From an uncultured Acidimicrobiaceae bacterium (GTDB lineage: Bacteria > Actinomycetota > Acidimicrobiia > Spongiisociales > UBA5794), in assembly GCA_964621095.1 (NCBI GenBank), contig CAZULI010000002.1:1-28706 (forward strand): a DNA stretch of 28,706 nucleotides, written 5' to 3'. The number at the start of each line of letters is the position of its first letter. The stretch's first letter is position 1. The translations under genes were made by a program, and so were the position numbers. Shown here piece after piece: positions 1 through 8,563 of the stretch. The notes under the pieces were generated by a model that saw only the letters and a list, made by a program, of their open reading frames with translations, was not told where the DNA came from and did no database searches.

Positions 1-89
1 GGCAAGATCCGCAGTCTTGGCCGATCTCAGTTTGATCGTGCCAATGGTCGCCTGAGGAGTCAGCCCCCGGATCCGGTCAAAGACCTGGT

Positions 90-521
90 TCAGCCTGACC
101 GGCGTCCTCGCAAGAGTCGTCTGACGATGAAGACGCCACCGATGATGGCAGCGAGTGCCACAACGGCGTTGCGTGCATCGACCGTGATGGTTGGATCCCC
201 TTCGATGGTCCCGGCAAACAGGACCCCGATCCGTGAGTTCTCCGCCTTGACGGTGTCGGCGATGGTGATCGCCGCTGTGGATGATGTGAGTTCAACGGTG
301 TCCGAGTTGAGAATCCCGGTACCAGCCATGTGGAACGACGCGGTGCCTGCCTCGGTCAGGAGGACGCCACCTTGTTTCACCGTGACGTGTTCTGCTGAAA
401 CCGTCTGGACGCCACCCTGGGTCACCGTGACCGACGTTGCATGGACAACGCCCGCACCGCCTTGGTTGATCTCAACGACGTCCGCACTGACCTCATCAAT
501 CATCTCGATGTTCTGGTCCAT
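90..521 (-). CDS. Hypothetical protein with six 15-aa beta-solenoid-like repeats and a C-terminal membrane anchor
   Basis: 143-aa ORF. Consecutive 15-mers ADVVEINQGGAGVVH/ATSVTVTQGGVQTVS/AEHVTVKQGGVLLTE etc., then hydrophobic AVVALAAIIGGVFIV and an Arg-rich tail. GAGG and TAGAAT lie upstream on the minus strand. Confidence 0.75.
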   Translation of the reverse strand: MDQNIEMIDEVSADVVEINQGGAGVVHATSVTVTQGGVQTVSAEHVTVKQGGVLLTEAGTASFHMAGTGILNSDTVELTSSTAAITIADTVKAENSRIGVLFAGTIEGDPTITVDARNAVVALAAIIGGVFIVRRLLRGRRSG

Positions 522-552
522 GCTCGATCCTCACATAGCAGGGCTTGCACTG

Positions 553-558
553 ATTCTA
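553..558 (-). promoter_or_regulatory. Putative sigma70-type -10 box (TAGAAT) for the 90-521 gene
   Basis: Near-consensus TAGAAT on the minus strand about 30 nt before the ATG at 521; no clear -35. Confidence 0.4.
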
Positions 559-611
559 CGTTGATCGATGGGTCATCTCGCTGGTGCTGGTCCATCGCGA
601 GGAGCGGACGA

Positions 612-1280
612 TCACCTCATCGACTCTCGCGCCGCGAGTTGGACGTCCCGACCGGCCCGGATGTGCGCGACCATCTCTTCCTGGGCCCGTGCACCGTCCC
701 CGCTCAGGAGCGCGTCAAGAAGAGGAACGTGTTCATCACTCACGTGATGGCTGTGTTTCTGCGGGTTGAAGGCGTGCGCGTACATCCGCAACCCGATGCT
801 TCGCGTCCAGACCGAATCGAAGAGTTCCACCAGCACGGGGTTGTTCGTTGCCTCCACAACGGCGCGATGAACCCGCTCATTGGTCCGAAACGCCTCGGTG
901 ACGGTTGTTGGGATGTTCTCGGACTCGGACCGAACGATCTGCTCCAGTTTCGCCAGAGCGCTCGGATTGCCTTTTTCGGCAACCACCCGGGCCGCAAACC
1001 CCTCGATCGCGATGCGTGCTTCGTACAAGTCGTTGATGTCGTCCTCTGCGATGTCGCGAACGAAGAACCCTCGCCGTTGCACGAACTCAAGGATCCCCTC
1101 CTGTTCGAGGTGGAGAAGCGCTTCGCGTACCGGTGTCCTGCTCACCGCGAGCTCGGCGGCGAGTGACTCCTGAATGAGGCGACTTCCGGGAGGGATCGTT
1201 CCACTGACGATGGCGTCGAAGATCTGTTCATAAACGGACTCTGCCAGCCGCGTCTGGGTCTGTTCGATTTTGCTGAACAC
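612..1280 (-). CDS. GntR family transcriptional regulator (FadR/FCD subfamily)
   Basis: wHTH VYEQIFDAIVSGTIPPGSRLIQESLAAELAVSRTPVREAL plus FCD domain (NERVHRAVVEATNNP...EHVPLLDAL). Start placed at GTG 1280 behind a GGGAGG RBS rather than at 1310. Confidence 0.93.
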   Translation of the reverse strand: MFSKIEQTQTRLAESVYEQIFDAIVSGTIPPGSRLIQESLAAELAVSRTPVREALLHLEQEGILEFVQRRGFFVRDIAEDDINDLYEARIAIEGFAARVVAEKGNPSALAKLEQIVRSESENIPTTVTEAFRTNERVHRAVVEATNNPVLVELFDSVWTRSIGLRMYAHAFNPQKHSHHVSDEHVPLLDALLSGDGARAQEEMVAHIRAGRDVQLAARESMR

Positions 1281-1350
1281 GGTCCTCCCTCTGGGTTGTC
1301 CGTACCGCACAGATTAGCTTCGCCGCACCGCAGAATTCCCGTCCTGCATC

Positions 1351-1368
1351 CTGAATACAACATACAGG
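1351..1368 (-). promoter_or_regulatory. Putative GntR operator 1 (upstream of gntR)
   Basis: Minus strand CCTGTATGTTGTATTCAG; 13/18 identical to operator 2. Confidence 0.6.
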
Positions 1369-1529
1369 AGGCGCACAGGTGGGTATCCGTGGCCATGGGG
1401 GAGCGCGTCAGAGAGCGCCCAGGCACATGGATCACGCATCTCCGGGTTCTGAACGCTCCTCCTCGTGCGGCCCATTCGGTGACCAGATCCCCCTTCCGGG
1501 GACGGTTGGGCCGGGCCCCCGTGTTTGAG

Positions 1530-1564
1530 TTGCACGCAAGGAATTTGCTGTATACCGTATTCAA
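1530..1564 (+). promoter_or_regulatory. sigma70-type promoter of operon A with overlapping putative GntR operator 2
   Basis: TTGCAC (1530-1535)-N17-TACCGT (1553-1558). The motif GCTGTATACCGTATTCAA (1547-1564) overlaps the -10 box. Confidence 0.65.
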
Positions 1565-1610
1565 CCAGATCGGGTGGTGGCAGAACGCTGCACTCGCAAC
1601 GGAGGTACCA

Positions 1611-2897
1611 ATGTTCCATAGCAACAAACCGTTGGAAGGGTCCATTCGCAGACGGTGGTTCACGATGGTGGTGGTGATGGCACTCCTTGTGGCCGCATGC
1701 TCAGGATCAGCAGACGAGACAACAACAACGACGGAACCGGGTGGAGGGACGACGACAGCGCCACCGACGAACGGCTCAAGCACCCTTGATGACTGGTTGG
1801 CCGTGGACATGTCAGCGTGTGCAGACGCACCCACCGGTGACCCGTTCATCATCGGGTACGCCGCGGATTTCTCTGAGGTGGGTGGGTTTGCTGACGAACC
1901 GGGTGCAGCAGCCGCCAAGTTCATGGCTGATCTCATCACGTGCGCCGGTGGCGTCGATGGCCATCCGGTTCAGATGATTGTTGAAGACATCCAAGGTGAC
2001 CCGGACGTGACCCAACGTGCGGCACGAGACCTGCTCGATGCCGGCGTCCATGCAATCCTCGGCCCTCCGTTCTCGGACTTCGGACTGCCGTTGCTCCAGG
2101 TGGTAGGTGGCCAGGTGCCGGTCATCTTCGTGTCTTCGACGGAACCGATCCTTGCCGATGAGAGTCAGCTCTCATTCCTGGGAACGGTTGATGACACTCG
2201 TCAGGCGACCGATGCAGCGCTCTTTGCTCGCGAGCAGGGGTATGGCACCGCGGTGACGTTCAGTATTCCGGGACCGTACTTCGGGTACAACCCTGAGATC
2301 TTTACCCAGGTGTTCACCGAAGGCGGTGGCACGGTTCTCGGCGACTACACCTTCAGCATGGAAGACAACGACTTCTCGACCCAGGTGAACGCGATCGCTG
2401 GGCTTCCCGAGGCGCCTGAGGTGCTGTACACGGCGATGCTCACCCCCCAGCTTGGTGTCCTGATGCCACAGCTGGCGGCCGCAAACATCACGCCGACGTA
2501 CATCTTTGCTGATGCCGCCGACGCAACCCGTGTCTGGGATCTCGGGGAGATCTCTGAAGGGGTGTACTTCACCAGCCATGCATTCCCATCACCGGAGAAC
2601 GACCTCCAGGCGTTCCTCGACAAGTATGAGGAAGTGACCGGCGCACCGCTCGACACGTTGTCGTTCGGTGGCTTGGCTGCGGACGCCGTGATTCTGATGA
2701 CGGACGCCTTTGAGCGATCCGGCTTCCAGCTCGACGGGGTCGCGATCGGCAACGCCCTCAAGGAAGCATCCAACGTGAAGGTTGTGACCGGGACCGTCAG
2801 CTACAAGGGATCAAACGGGGTGCAGCAGAAGCCGCTGTACATCCTGCAAGTCCAGAATGGGGAGGTCGGTCTCGTCAAGATCATGGGCGGCTCCTAG
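1611..2897 (+). CDS. ABC transporter substrate-binding lipoprotein, branched-chain amino acid/amide (LivK-like, type I periplasmic binding fold)
   Basis: GGAGG RBS at 1601-1605, lipobox LLVAA-C and Thr-rich linker. EDIQGDPDV...ARDLLDAGVHAILGPPFS is typical of LivK-like SBPs, and Liv-type ATPase/permeases follow. Confidence 0.9.
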   Translation: MFHSNKPLEGSIRRRWFTMVVVMALLVAACSGSADETTTTTEPGGGTTTAPPTNGSSTLDDWLAVDMSACADAPTGDPFIIGYAADFSEVGGFADEPGAAAAKFMADLITCAGGVDGHPVQMIVEDIQGDPDVTQRAARDLLDAGVHAILGPPFSDFGLPLLQVVGGQVPVIFVSSTEPILADESQLSFLGTVDDTRQATDAALFAREQGYGTAVTFSIPGPYFGYNPEIFTQVFTEGGGTVLGDYTFSMEDNDFSTQVNAIAGLPEAPEVLYTAMLTPQLGVLMPQLAAANITPTYIFADAADATRVWDLGEISEGVYFTSHAFPSPENDLQAFLDKYEEVTGAPLDTLSFGGLAADAVILMTDAFERSGFQLDGVAIGNALKEASNVKVVTGTVSYKGSNGVQQKPLYILQVQNGEVGLVKIMGGS

Positions 2898-2915
2898 AAC
2901 GCGGGACATACATCC

Positions 2916-3623
2916 GTGCTGAACGTTGAGGGACTCACAACCCGATATGGATCCATCACCGGCTTGCGCGACGCTTCGATCGTCGTGCAAGCCGGTGAGA
3001 TCGTCGGGGTCATAGGGCCCAACGGCGCGGGCAAGACCACCTTGCTCAACACCATCATCGGGTTGCTGAGACCGTCTGCGGGGAGCATCCTCTTTGAGGG
3101 TGACGATGTGACCGGGCTCAGCCCCGAGGCGATGCTCCGCCGGGGCATCGCACTGGTCCCCGAGCAACGGCGGTTGTTCACCGATCTGACCGTTGAGGAG
3201 AATCTCCTGGTGGCGGGGATCACCTGCAAGGTCCGGGACCGTCACCAGAGACTGGAGGAGATCAAGGAGCTCTTCCCCGTCCTCAGCGAGAGAAGGACGA
3301 TGCTGGCTGGGTACCTCTCGGGTGGGGAGGCCCAGCAGTTGGCCATCGGCAGGGGGCTCATGAGCCGCCCACGACTCCTGCTGATGGATGAGCCCACTCT
3401 TGGGCTGGCGCCGAACCTTGTCTCCATGGTGTTCGATCTCGTGACCCGTCTGCGCGACGATGGCATGACGCTCATCGTGGTGGAACAGAACGCCCAGCGG
3501 CTTCTGGAAGTGGCTGACCGTGCGTATCTGTTGCGGACCGGCAACGTCGTGTCGCAGTCAACCGGCGCGGACCTCATGGGGCGTGACAGTCTCTTTGACG
3601 CATACCTGGGGACACCCAAGTGA
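2916..3623 (+). CDS. ABC transporter ATP-binding protein (LivF-like)
   Basis: Walker A GPNGAGKT, signature LSGGEAQQL, Walker B LLLMDEP, H-loop region VEQNA. Confidence 0.95.
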   Translation: MLNVEGLTTRYGSITGLRDASIVVQAGEIVGVIGPNGAGKTTLLNTIIGLLRPSAGSILFEGDDVTGLSPEAMLRRGIALVPEQRRLFTDLTVEENLLVAGITCKVRDRHQRLEEIKELFPVLSERRTMLAGYLSGGEAQQLAIGRGLMSRPRLLLMDEPTLGLAPNLVSMVFDLVTRLRDDGMTLIVVEQNAQRLLEVADRAYLLRTGNVVSQSTGADLMGRDSLFDAYLGTPK

Positions 3624-4507
3624 ACGTCTTCATCCAACAACTGGTTGAAGGCTTGGGCCAAGGCAGCATCTACGCCCTCCTGGCACTCTCGCTCGCCGTG
3701 ATCTTTGGGGTGATGCATCTCGTCAACTTCGCCCACGGAGAGTTGATCACCATCTCGTCCTACGTTGCCTACGCGCTGTTGACTGCGGGGTACGGGTGGG
3801 AGGTCGTGGCTCCAGCGGTCCTCGTTACCTCGATCGTGGCGTCGGTTGCGATTGAGTTTCTCGCCTTTCGATGGGTACGGGGTGCGGATGAGTTCACCAT
3901 GCTCCTGACGTCGTTTGGTGTGCATTTCGTCGTCAGCGCGTTGTTCCTGATGTTCGTTTCTGCCAAGCCTCTCGCCTTTCCCAAGCCGAGTTGGATCTTC
4001 AACACGGTCAACGTCCTCGGGATCAATCTTGAAATCTTTGACCTCGTGACCGTGATCGTCACGCTCCTGACGCTCATCGCCACGGCGTGGCTCCTGCGCA
4101 AGACCATGTTTGGCATCACGCTGCGCGCGGCATCTCTCGATTTTGATGCAGCCCGCCTGATGGGGGTTCGATCCAACGGTGTCATCCGAGGAGCGTTTGC
4201 GATGTCGGGCGCTCTGGCGGGCGTCGCGGGAATCCTGTGGCTGATGAGGACCGGTACCGCCCACCCAACCGCCGGCCTGACGCCGCTGCTGTTCGCCGTG
4301 ATTGCGGTCGTTGTTGGCGGCTTGGAGAGTCTGAGCGGTGCGGTGCTCGGAGGGTTGGCGCTGGGAATCGTCCAGGTCATGCTTCGCGGCTATCTGCCAC
4401 CGTCCCTGTCCGGCCTGACCGAGGGGCTGTTGTTCGTCCTCCTTGCGCTGCTGTTCATCTTCCGACCGCAAGGGTTGATCTCGGTGAGAAGGGCGGAACG
4501 AGTCTGA
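3620..4507 (+). CDS. ABC transporter permease (LivH-like)
   Basis: GSIYALLALSLAVIFGVMHLVNFAHGE motif and FGITLRAAS...AARLMGV loop; GTGA overlap with the upstream ATPase. Confidence 0.93.
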   Translation: MNVFIQQLVEGLGQGSIYALLALSLAVIFGVMHLVNFAHGELITISSYVAYALLTAGYGWEVVAPAVLVTSIVASVAIEFLAFRWVRGADEFTMLLTSFGVHFVVSALFLMFVSAKPLAFPKPSWIFNTVNVLGINLEIFDLVTVIVTLLTLIATAWLLRKTMFGITLRAASLDFDAARLMGVRSNGVIRGAFAMSGALAGVAGILWLMRTGTAHPTAGLTPLLFAVIAVVVGGLESLSGAVLGGLALGIVQVMLRGYLPPSLSGLTEGLLFVLLALLFIFRPQGLISVRRAERV

Positions 4508-6342
4508 TGAGAACGCGCCTCCTGGACCGGTGGGTACTGCCCTTGGGAGGGCAACTCGTGCTCCTCGCGGTTCTGGTGGCCGGGGGCATGCTCTATGCAT
4601 CAACCGGCGGGAGTGGGCGTGATCTTCTGGTGAACCAAATGTTCATCAACGCAATTCTCGTCGTTGGCCTTCAGGTGTACATGGGTAACACCGGGATCAT
4701 CAGCTTTGGACACATGGGGTTTGCCGCCATCGGTGGCTACGTGGTGATCCTGTTGGTGATGACTCCAACCATGAAGACGAACATCATCCCTGATGCGCCC
4801 ACGTGGATCGGCAACATCCAGATGGACCCATGGACCGCAACCGCCATCGCGATCGTGGTCGTACTCGTGTTCACCTTCATCGTCGGCTTGGGGTTGATCC
4901 GTGCCGTACGAGGTGCAGGCCCTGTCGCTGCCACCATGATCACGCTTGCACTCCTGTTCCTCGTACGTGAAGTGGCATCCAACTTTGTCTCCCTCACGGC
5001 TGGGAACCGTTCCGGGTTGGCGCTGGGTGCAGGGCAGGGCCTCAACGGGAGGGCCTGGATCTACGTTGGATTGATCTTCTCGGTTGTCGTTGCCCGCATG
5101 TTCCGTGAGAGCCGGCAGGGACGACTCGGTCAGGCGATGCGCGACGACGATCTGGCAGCCAGGGCGATGGGAGTCAATCCGGCGGTTCCCCACATGACCG
5201 CCTTGCTGTTGAGCGTGTTGATCATCACCGTGGGCGCGTCGCTACGGGTGCTCTCCCTCGGGTCGATGACACCGAACTTCTTCTTTTTCGATCTGACCCT
5301 CCTGACCCTTGCAATGTTGATCGTCGGTGGGCGCGGGAGCGTGACGGGCAGCATCGTGGGCGTCGCCGTGATCACGGTGGGAAATGAGGTCACCCGAGTC
5401 CTGGCAAGCGACTCGGTGACGGTGCCAGGTCTCAACTGGTTCCTGCGGCCCGGGCTGTCTGCCCTCTTCCTCGGTGGTGCGATGCTCGGGTTCATGTTGC
5501 TACGACCACAGGGCATCCTGGGTGACCGCGAACTCGAGGACCCGTTGCGGCGTCGCCTCAGAAAACTCGCTGAGCCGCCCGAACCACCGGTGAGCCTTCC
5601 GCATCCAGGTGATGCCAGGCTGGTCACCCGTGGGATCACGGTGCGGTTCGGCGGCTTCGTTGCGGTCGACGATGTCTCTCTCGAGGTGGGGGTCGGTGAG
5701 GTGGTGGGCCTCATCGGACCAAACGGAGCTGGCAAGACAACGCTGATCAACGCCATCACCGGCGTCATCCAGCCAACGGGTGGTACCTGGCGTCTTGGCG
5801 ATCATGACCTCGCGAGACTGTCGTCCTTCCAGGTGGCGCGGCGCGGTATTGCAAGGACGTTTCAGAATCTCAGATTGTTCAGCAACCTCACCGTGCGTGA
5901 GAACATCTCCGTTTCATCGATCGTTGCCGCCCGTCACCGCAAGGAACGCACGGTCCCCGATGGTGACGCGCTGATTTTTGCGGTGGGGTTGTGGGAGGAC
6001 CGGGAAAGTCGTGCCGGTGAGGTCAACTACGGCGCGGCCCGAAAGCTCGAACTGATACGAGCCGCAGCGCTGGCGCCCGAGATCCTCCTTCTCGACGAGC
6101 CGACCGCCGGCATGTGGGAGGAGGACTCGGTGGCCATGGTCACCCAGATCCGGCAGGTTGCTTCCTGGATCGGGGCGGGTGTCCTCGTCATCGACCATGA
6201 TCTCCACTTCATCACGGCGATTTGCGATCGGATCTATGTGCTCGACCAGGGGGAGATCATCGCCCACGGGACGGCCGCGGAGGTGAAGGCCGATCCGCGG
6301 GTCCAAGCTGCGTATCTCGGAACTGACGAGCCCGCCGACTGA
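4507..6342 (+). CDS. Fused ABC permease-ATPase (LivM-LivG-like)
   Basis: ATG 4507 overlaps the previous TGA. N-terminal permease (GIISFGHMGFAAIGGY; AMRDDDLAARAMGVN) is fused to an ATPase (GPNGAGKT, ILLLDEP, IDHD). Confidence 0.92.
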   Translation: MRTRLLDRWVLPLGGQLVLLAVLVAGGMLYASTGGSGRDLLVNQMFINAILVVGLQVYMGNTGIISFGHMGFAAIGGYVVILLVMTPTMKTNIIPDAPTWIGNIQMDPWTATAIAIVVVLVFTFIVGLGLIRAVRGAGPVAATMITLALLFLVREVASNFVSLTAGNRSGLALGAGQGLNGRAWIYVGLIFSVVVARMFRESRQGRLGQAMRDDDLAARAMGVNPAVPHMTALLLSVLIITVGASLRVLSLGSMTPNFFFFDLTLLTLAMLIVGGRGSVTGSIVGVAVITVGNEVTRVLASDSVTVPGLNWFLRPGLSALFLGGAMLGFMLLRPQGILGDRELEDPLRRRLRKLAEPPEPPVSLPHPGDARLVTRGITVRFGGFVAVDDVSLEVGVGEVVGLIGPNGAGKTTLINAITGVIQPTGGTWRLGDHDLARLSSFQVARRGIARTFQNLRLFSNLTVRENISVSSIVAARHRKERTVPDGDALIFAVGLWEDRESRAGEVNYGAARKLELIRAAALAPEILLLDEPTAGMWEEDSVAMVTQIRQVASWIGAGVLVIDHDLHFITAICDRIYVLDQGEIIAHGTAAEVKADPRVQAAYLGTDEPAD

Positions 6343-6355
6343 CCCCGTTTGTGTC

Positions 6356-6377
6356 TCGGCACCCGCAAGGCTGCCGA
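6356..6377 (+). other. Small intergenic hairpin with GCAA tetraloop
   Basis: TCGGCA-C-CC-GCAA-GG-C-TGCCGA between the ABC fusion and the SDR; no U-tract, so possibly a stability or processing element. Confidence 0.35.
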
Positions 6378-6412
6378 ACCGGTCGGGTGAAGTGGCCAAC
6401 CAAAGGAGATCG

Positions 6413-7192
6413 ATGGGAACATCGGGGATGAGACACGAGAACAAGAAAGCGTTCATCACCGGTGCCGGATCCGGTATCGGACGCGAGACCGCGTTGCGTC
6501 TCTCCCGGGAGGGGGCGGGCGTACTTGTCACCGACATCAACGCCGACTCCGCAGCGGAGACCGCACGTATGATCGAAGCCGAGGGCGGGTCGGCACTCCA
6601 CGCACGGATGGATGTGCGTGACCGAGCTGAGATCCAAGCAGCGGTCGCCATGGCAGACGATGCCTGGGGTGCCCTGCATCTTCTTGTCAACAACGCCGGT
6701 CTTGTGACGAAGCACTCGCTTGCTGATCTGACCGAGGAAGCGTGGGACCTCGTTCTGGATGTGAATCTCAAGGGTCAGTTCCTGGTCGCCCAGGAGGTCT
6801 CCAAGCTCATCGCCCGATCGGGGGGTGGTGCCATCGTCAACCTCTCGACGGTAGAGGCACTCGTCGTCGTCACCAGTGGCACCACCGCCCAGCCGCACTA
6901 CAACGCGAGCAAGGGCGGGGTTCCCATGCTCACGAAGGCACTGGCGGTTGAGCTTGCAAGCGCAAACATCCGGGTCAACTGTGTTGCGCCGGGCCCCGTG
7001 GCGACCGATTTCTTTGATTATGAAGCGGTGACAAGTGACGAGGCCCTCGAAGCGATGAAACAGCGTCTCCTGGTGCCACGAGTCGGGTTGCCAAGCGACA
7101 TAGCAGCGGCGATCTCCTGGCTCCTGTCCGACGACGCCTCCTACGTCGACGGCATCCAACTGCCGGTTGATGGAGGGTGGACGACACGGTGA
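6413..7192 (+). CDS. Short-chain dehydrogenase/reductase (classical SDR)
   Basis: TGAGSGIG, NNAG, catalytic YNASK, RVNCVAPG, C-terminal VDGGW; AAGGAG RBS before ATG 6413. Confidence 0.95.
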   Translation: MGTSGMRHENKKAFITGAGSGIGRETALRLSREGAGVLVTDINADSAAETARMIEAEGGSALHARMDVRDRAEIQAAVAMADDAWGALHLLVNNAGLVTKHSLADLTEEAWDLVLDVNLKGQFLVAQEVSKLIARSGGGAIVNLSTVEALVVVTSGTTAQPHYNASKGGVPMLTKALAVELASANIRVNCVAPGPVATDFFDYEAVTSDEALEAMKQRLLVPRVGLPSDIAAAISWLLSDDASYVDGIQLPVDGGWTTR

Positions 7193-8559
7193 ACGAGTAC
7201 CTCTTGGATCCATCCCAGATGGAGACCCTTGGCATTCGCACGGTCATCGTCGCGTCCCCCGATCTCGCCGGTCGTCTGATCGGGCGACGGGTACCCACGT
7301 CGCGCTTCCCACAGGTCGTGGAGAACGGCGTGGATGTCTGTTCCTGTGTCTTTGCTTGGGACGTCAACCAGGGGTTGGAGCTCCTGGAAACGAACGTGCT
7401 CCCCCTGTGCGGCCTGCACAACGGCCTCCCCGATGTCACCCTGCGGGTCGACCTCACGACGCTTCGTCGGGCGGCCTGGCTTGATGGGGTCGCCATTTGT
7501 TTTGCGGATCCGGTCGATGTGAAGACCGGTGACCCGCTCCCACTGTCGCCCCGAGTCATGCTCAAACAGGAGTTGGCGCGGTACGCCGAACTCGGGTACG
7601 CCCCCAAGACCGGAACGGAGTTGGAGTTCTACCTCTTTCTCAACGATCAGCGCACCCTGAGAGAGGAGGGGTTCCGGGGTCTGCGCCCAACGACGGTCGT
7701 CGCGTCCGATTTCATGATCCATGAGGGAAACGCGTACGAACCGTTTTTCCAGAAGCTCCGTAGCGATCTCGCCGAAAGTGGCGTCGATGTCGAGGCCGCC
7801 CAATCCGAGTTGGGTACCGGACAGTGGGAGATGACGTTTGTGTATGGCGATCCACTCGAGATGGCTGACCGCCACGCCTTGTACAAACTCGCCGTTCGCG
7901 ACGCGGCGATTGCTGCTGGGATGTCAGCGACGTTCATGGCGCGCCCTCTCAATGTCCAACCGGGGTCGTCATGTCATGTCCACCTCTCCCTGCAGTCCTT
8001 GGACGGGGAGCAGATGTTCTGGGATGACGTCGCCGATGACCGCATGAGCACCGTGATGCGCTCCGCCATTGGTGGGGTGTTGGAGCATGCACCAGAGTTC
8101 ATGGCTTGGTACGCGCCGACCGTCAACTCGTGGCGACGTACCGTCTCAACGGAGGCCGCAGGATGGGGCCGGACCTGGGGGTTTGACAACCGAACGGTCA
8201 CGGTTCGGGTCCTTGGCCACAAACCTCAGCATCTCCGACTCGAGTTCCGACTCCCCGGTGCGGACACCAACCCGTATCTGACCTTGTCGGCGCTGCTCGC
8301 TTCGGCACGCAGCGGCATCGCGTCCGGCACCGAGTTGATGGCTCCGGTGACCGGGAACGCGTACGACCTTCCGTACGACGAGGGGATGCCGACGTCATTG
8401 CATGAGGCAACATTGGCGTTCGAGTCGTCGCGCCTGGCTGCCGAGGCGTTCGGACGCGACGTCATCGACCATCATGTCGTGATGCTCAACCATGAGTGGT
8501 CCGTCTTCCTCGCTGAGGTCTCCGCGTGGGATCTCGATCGATACTTTGATCGCATCTGA
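7189..8559 (+). CDS. Glutamine synthetase-like gamma-glutamyl-amine ligase (GlnA4/PuuA type)
   Basis: GTELEFYLF, ELGTGQWEM, GSSCHVHLSL, DNRTVTVR, EFRLPGADTNPY; GTGA overlap with the SDR; lacks GSI-type N-terminal features. Confidence 0.88.
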   Translation: MNEYLLDPSQMETLGIRTVIVASPDLAGRLIGRRVPTSRFPQVVENGVDVCSCVFAWDVNQGLELLETNVLPLCGLHNGLPDVTLRVDLTTLRRAAWLDGVAICFADPVDVKTGDPLPLSPRVMLKQELARYAELGYAPKTGTELEFYLFLNDQRTLREEGFRGLRPTTVVASDFMIHEGNAYEPFFQKLRSDLAESGVDVEAAQSELGTGQWEMTFVYGDPLEMADRHALYKLAVRDAAIAAGMSATFMARPLNVQPGSSCHVHLSLQSLDGEQMFWDDVADDRMSTVMRSAIGGVLEHAPEFMAWYAPTVNSWRRTVSTEAAGWGRTWGFDNRTVTVRVLGHKPQHLRLEFRLPGADTNPYLTLSALLASARSGIASGTELMAPVTGNAYDLPYDEGMPTSLHEATLAFESSRLAAEAFGRDVIDHHVVMLNHEWSVFLAEVSAWDLDRYFDRI

Positions 8560-8563
8560 TCGG

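Noticed and set aside
1-93. Open minus-strand frame running off the left edge (..IKLRSAKTADLA, faintly like a GNAT N-terminus)
   Set aside because: No ATG/GTG/TTG start in frame nearby and only about 30 codons visible; cannot be supported.
441-1166. 241-aa plus-strand ORF and other ORFs antisense to gntR
   Set aside because: Shadow of a well-supported GntR gene in GC-rich DNA; no recognisable motifs.
1296-1610. 105-aa N-terminal extension of the SBP in the ORF track
   Set aside because: It spans the divergent promoter/operator region; RBS, promoter and lipoprotein signal all point to ATG 1611.
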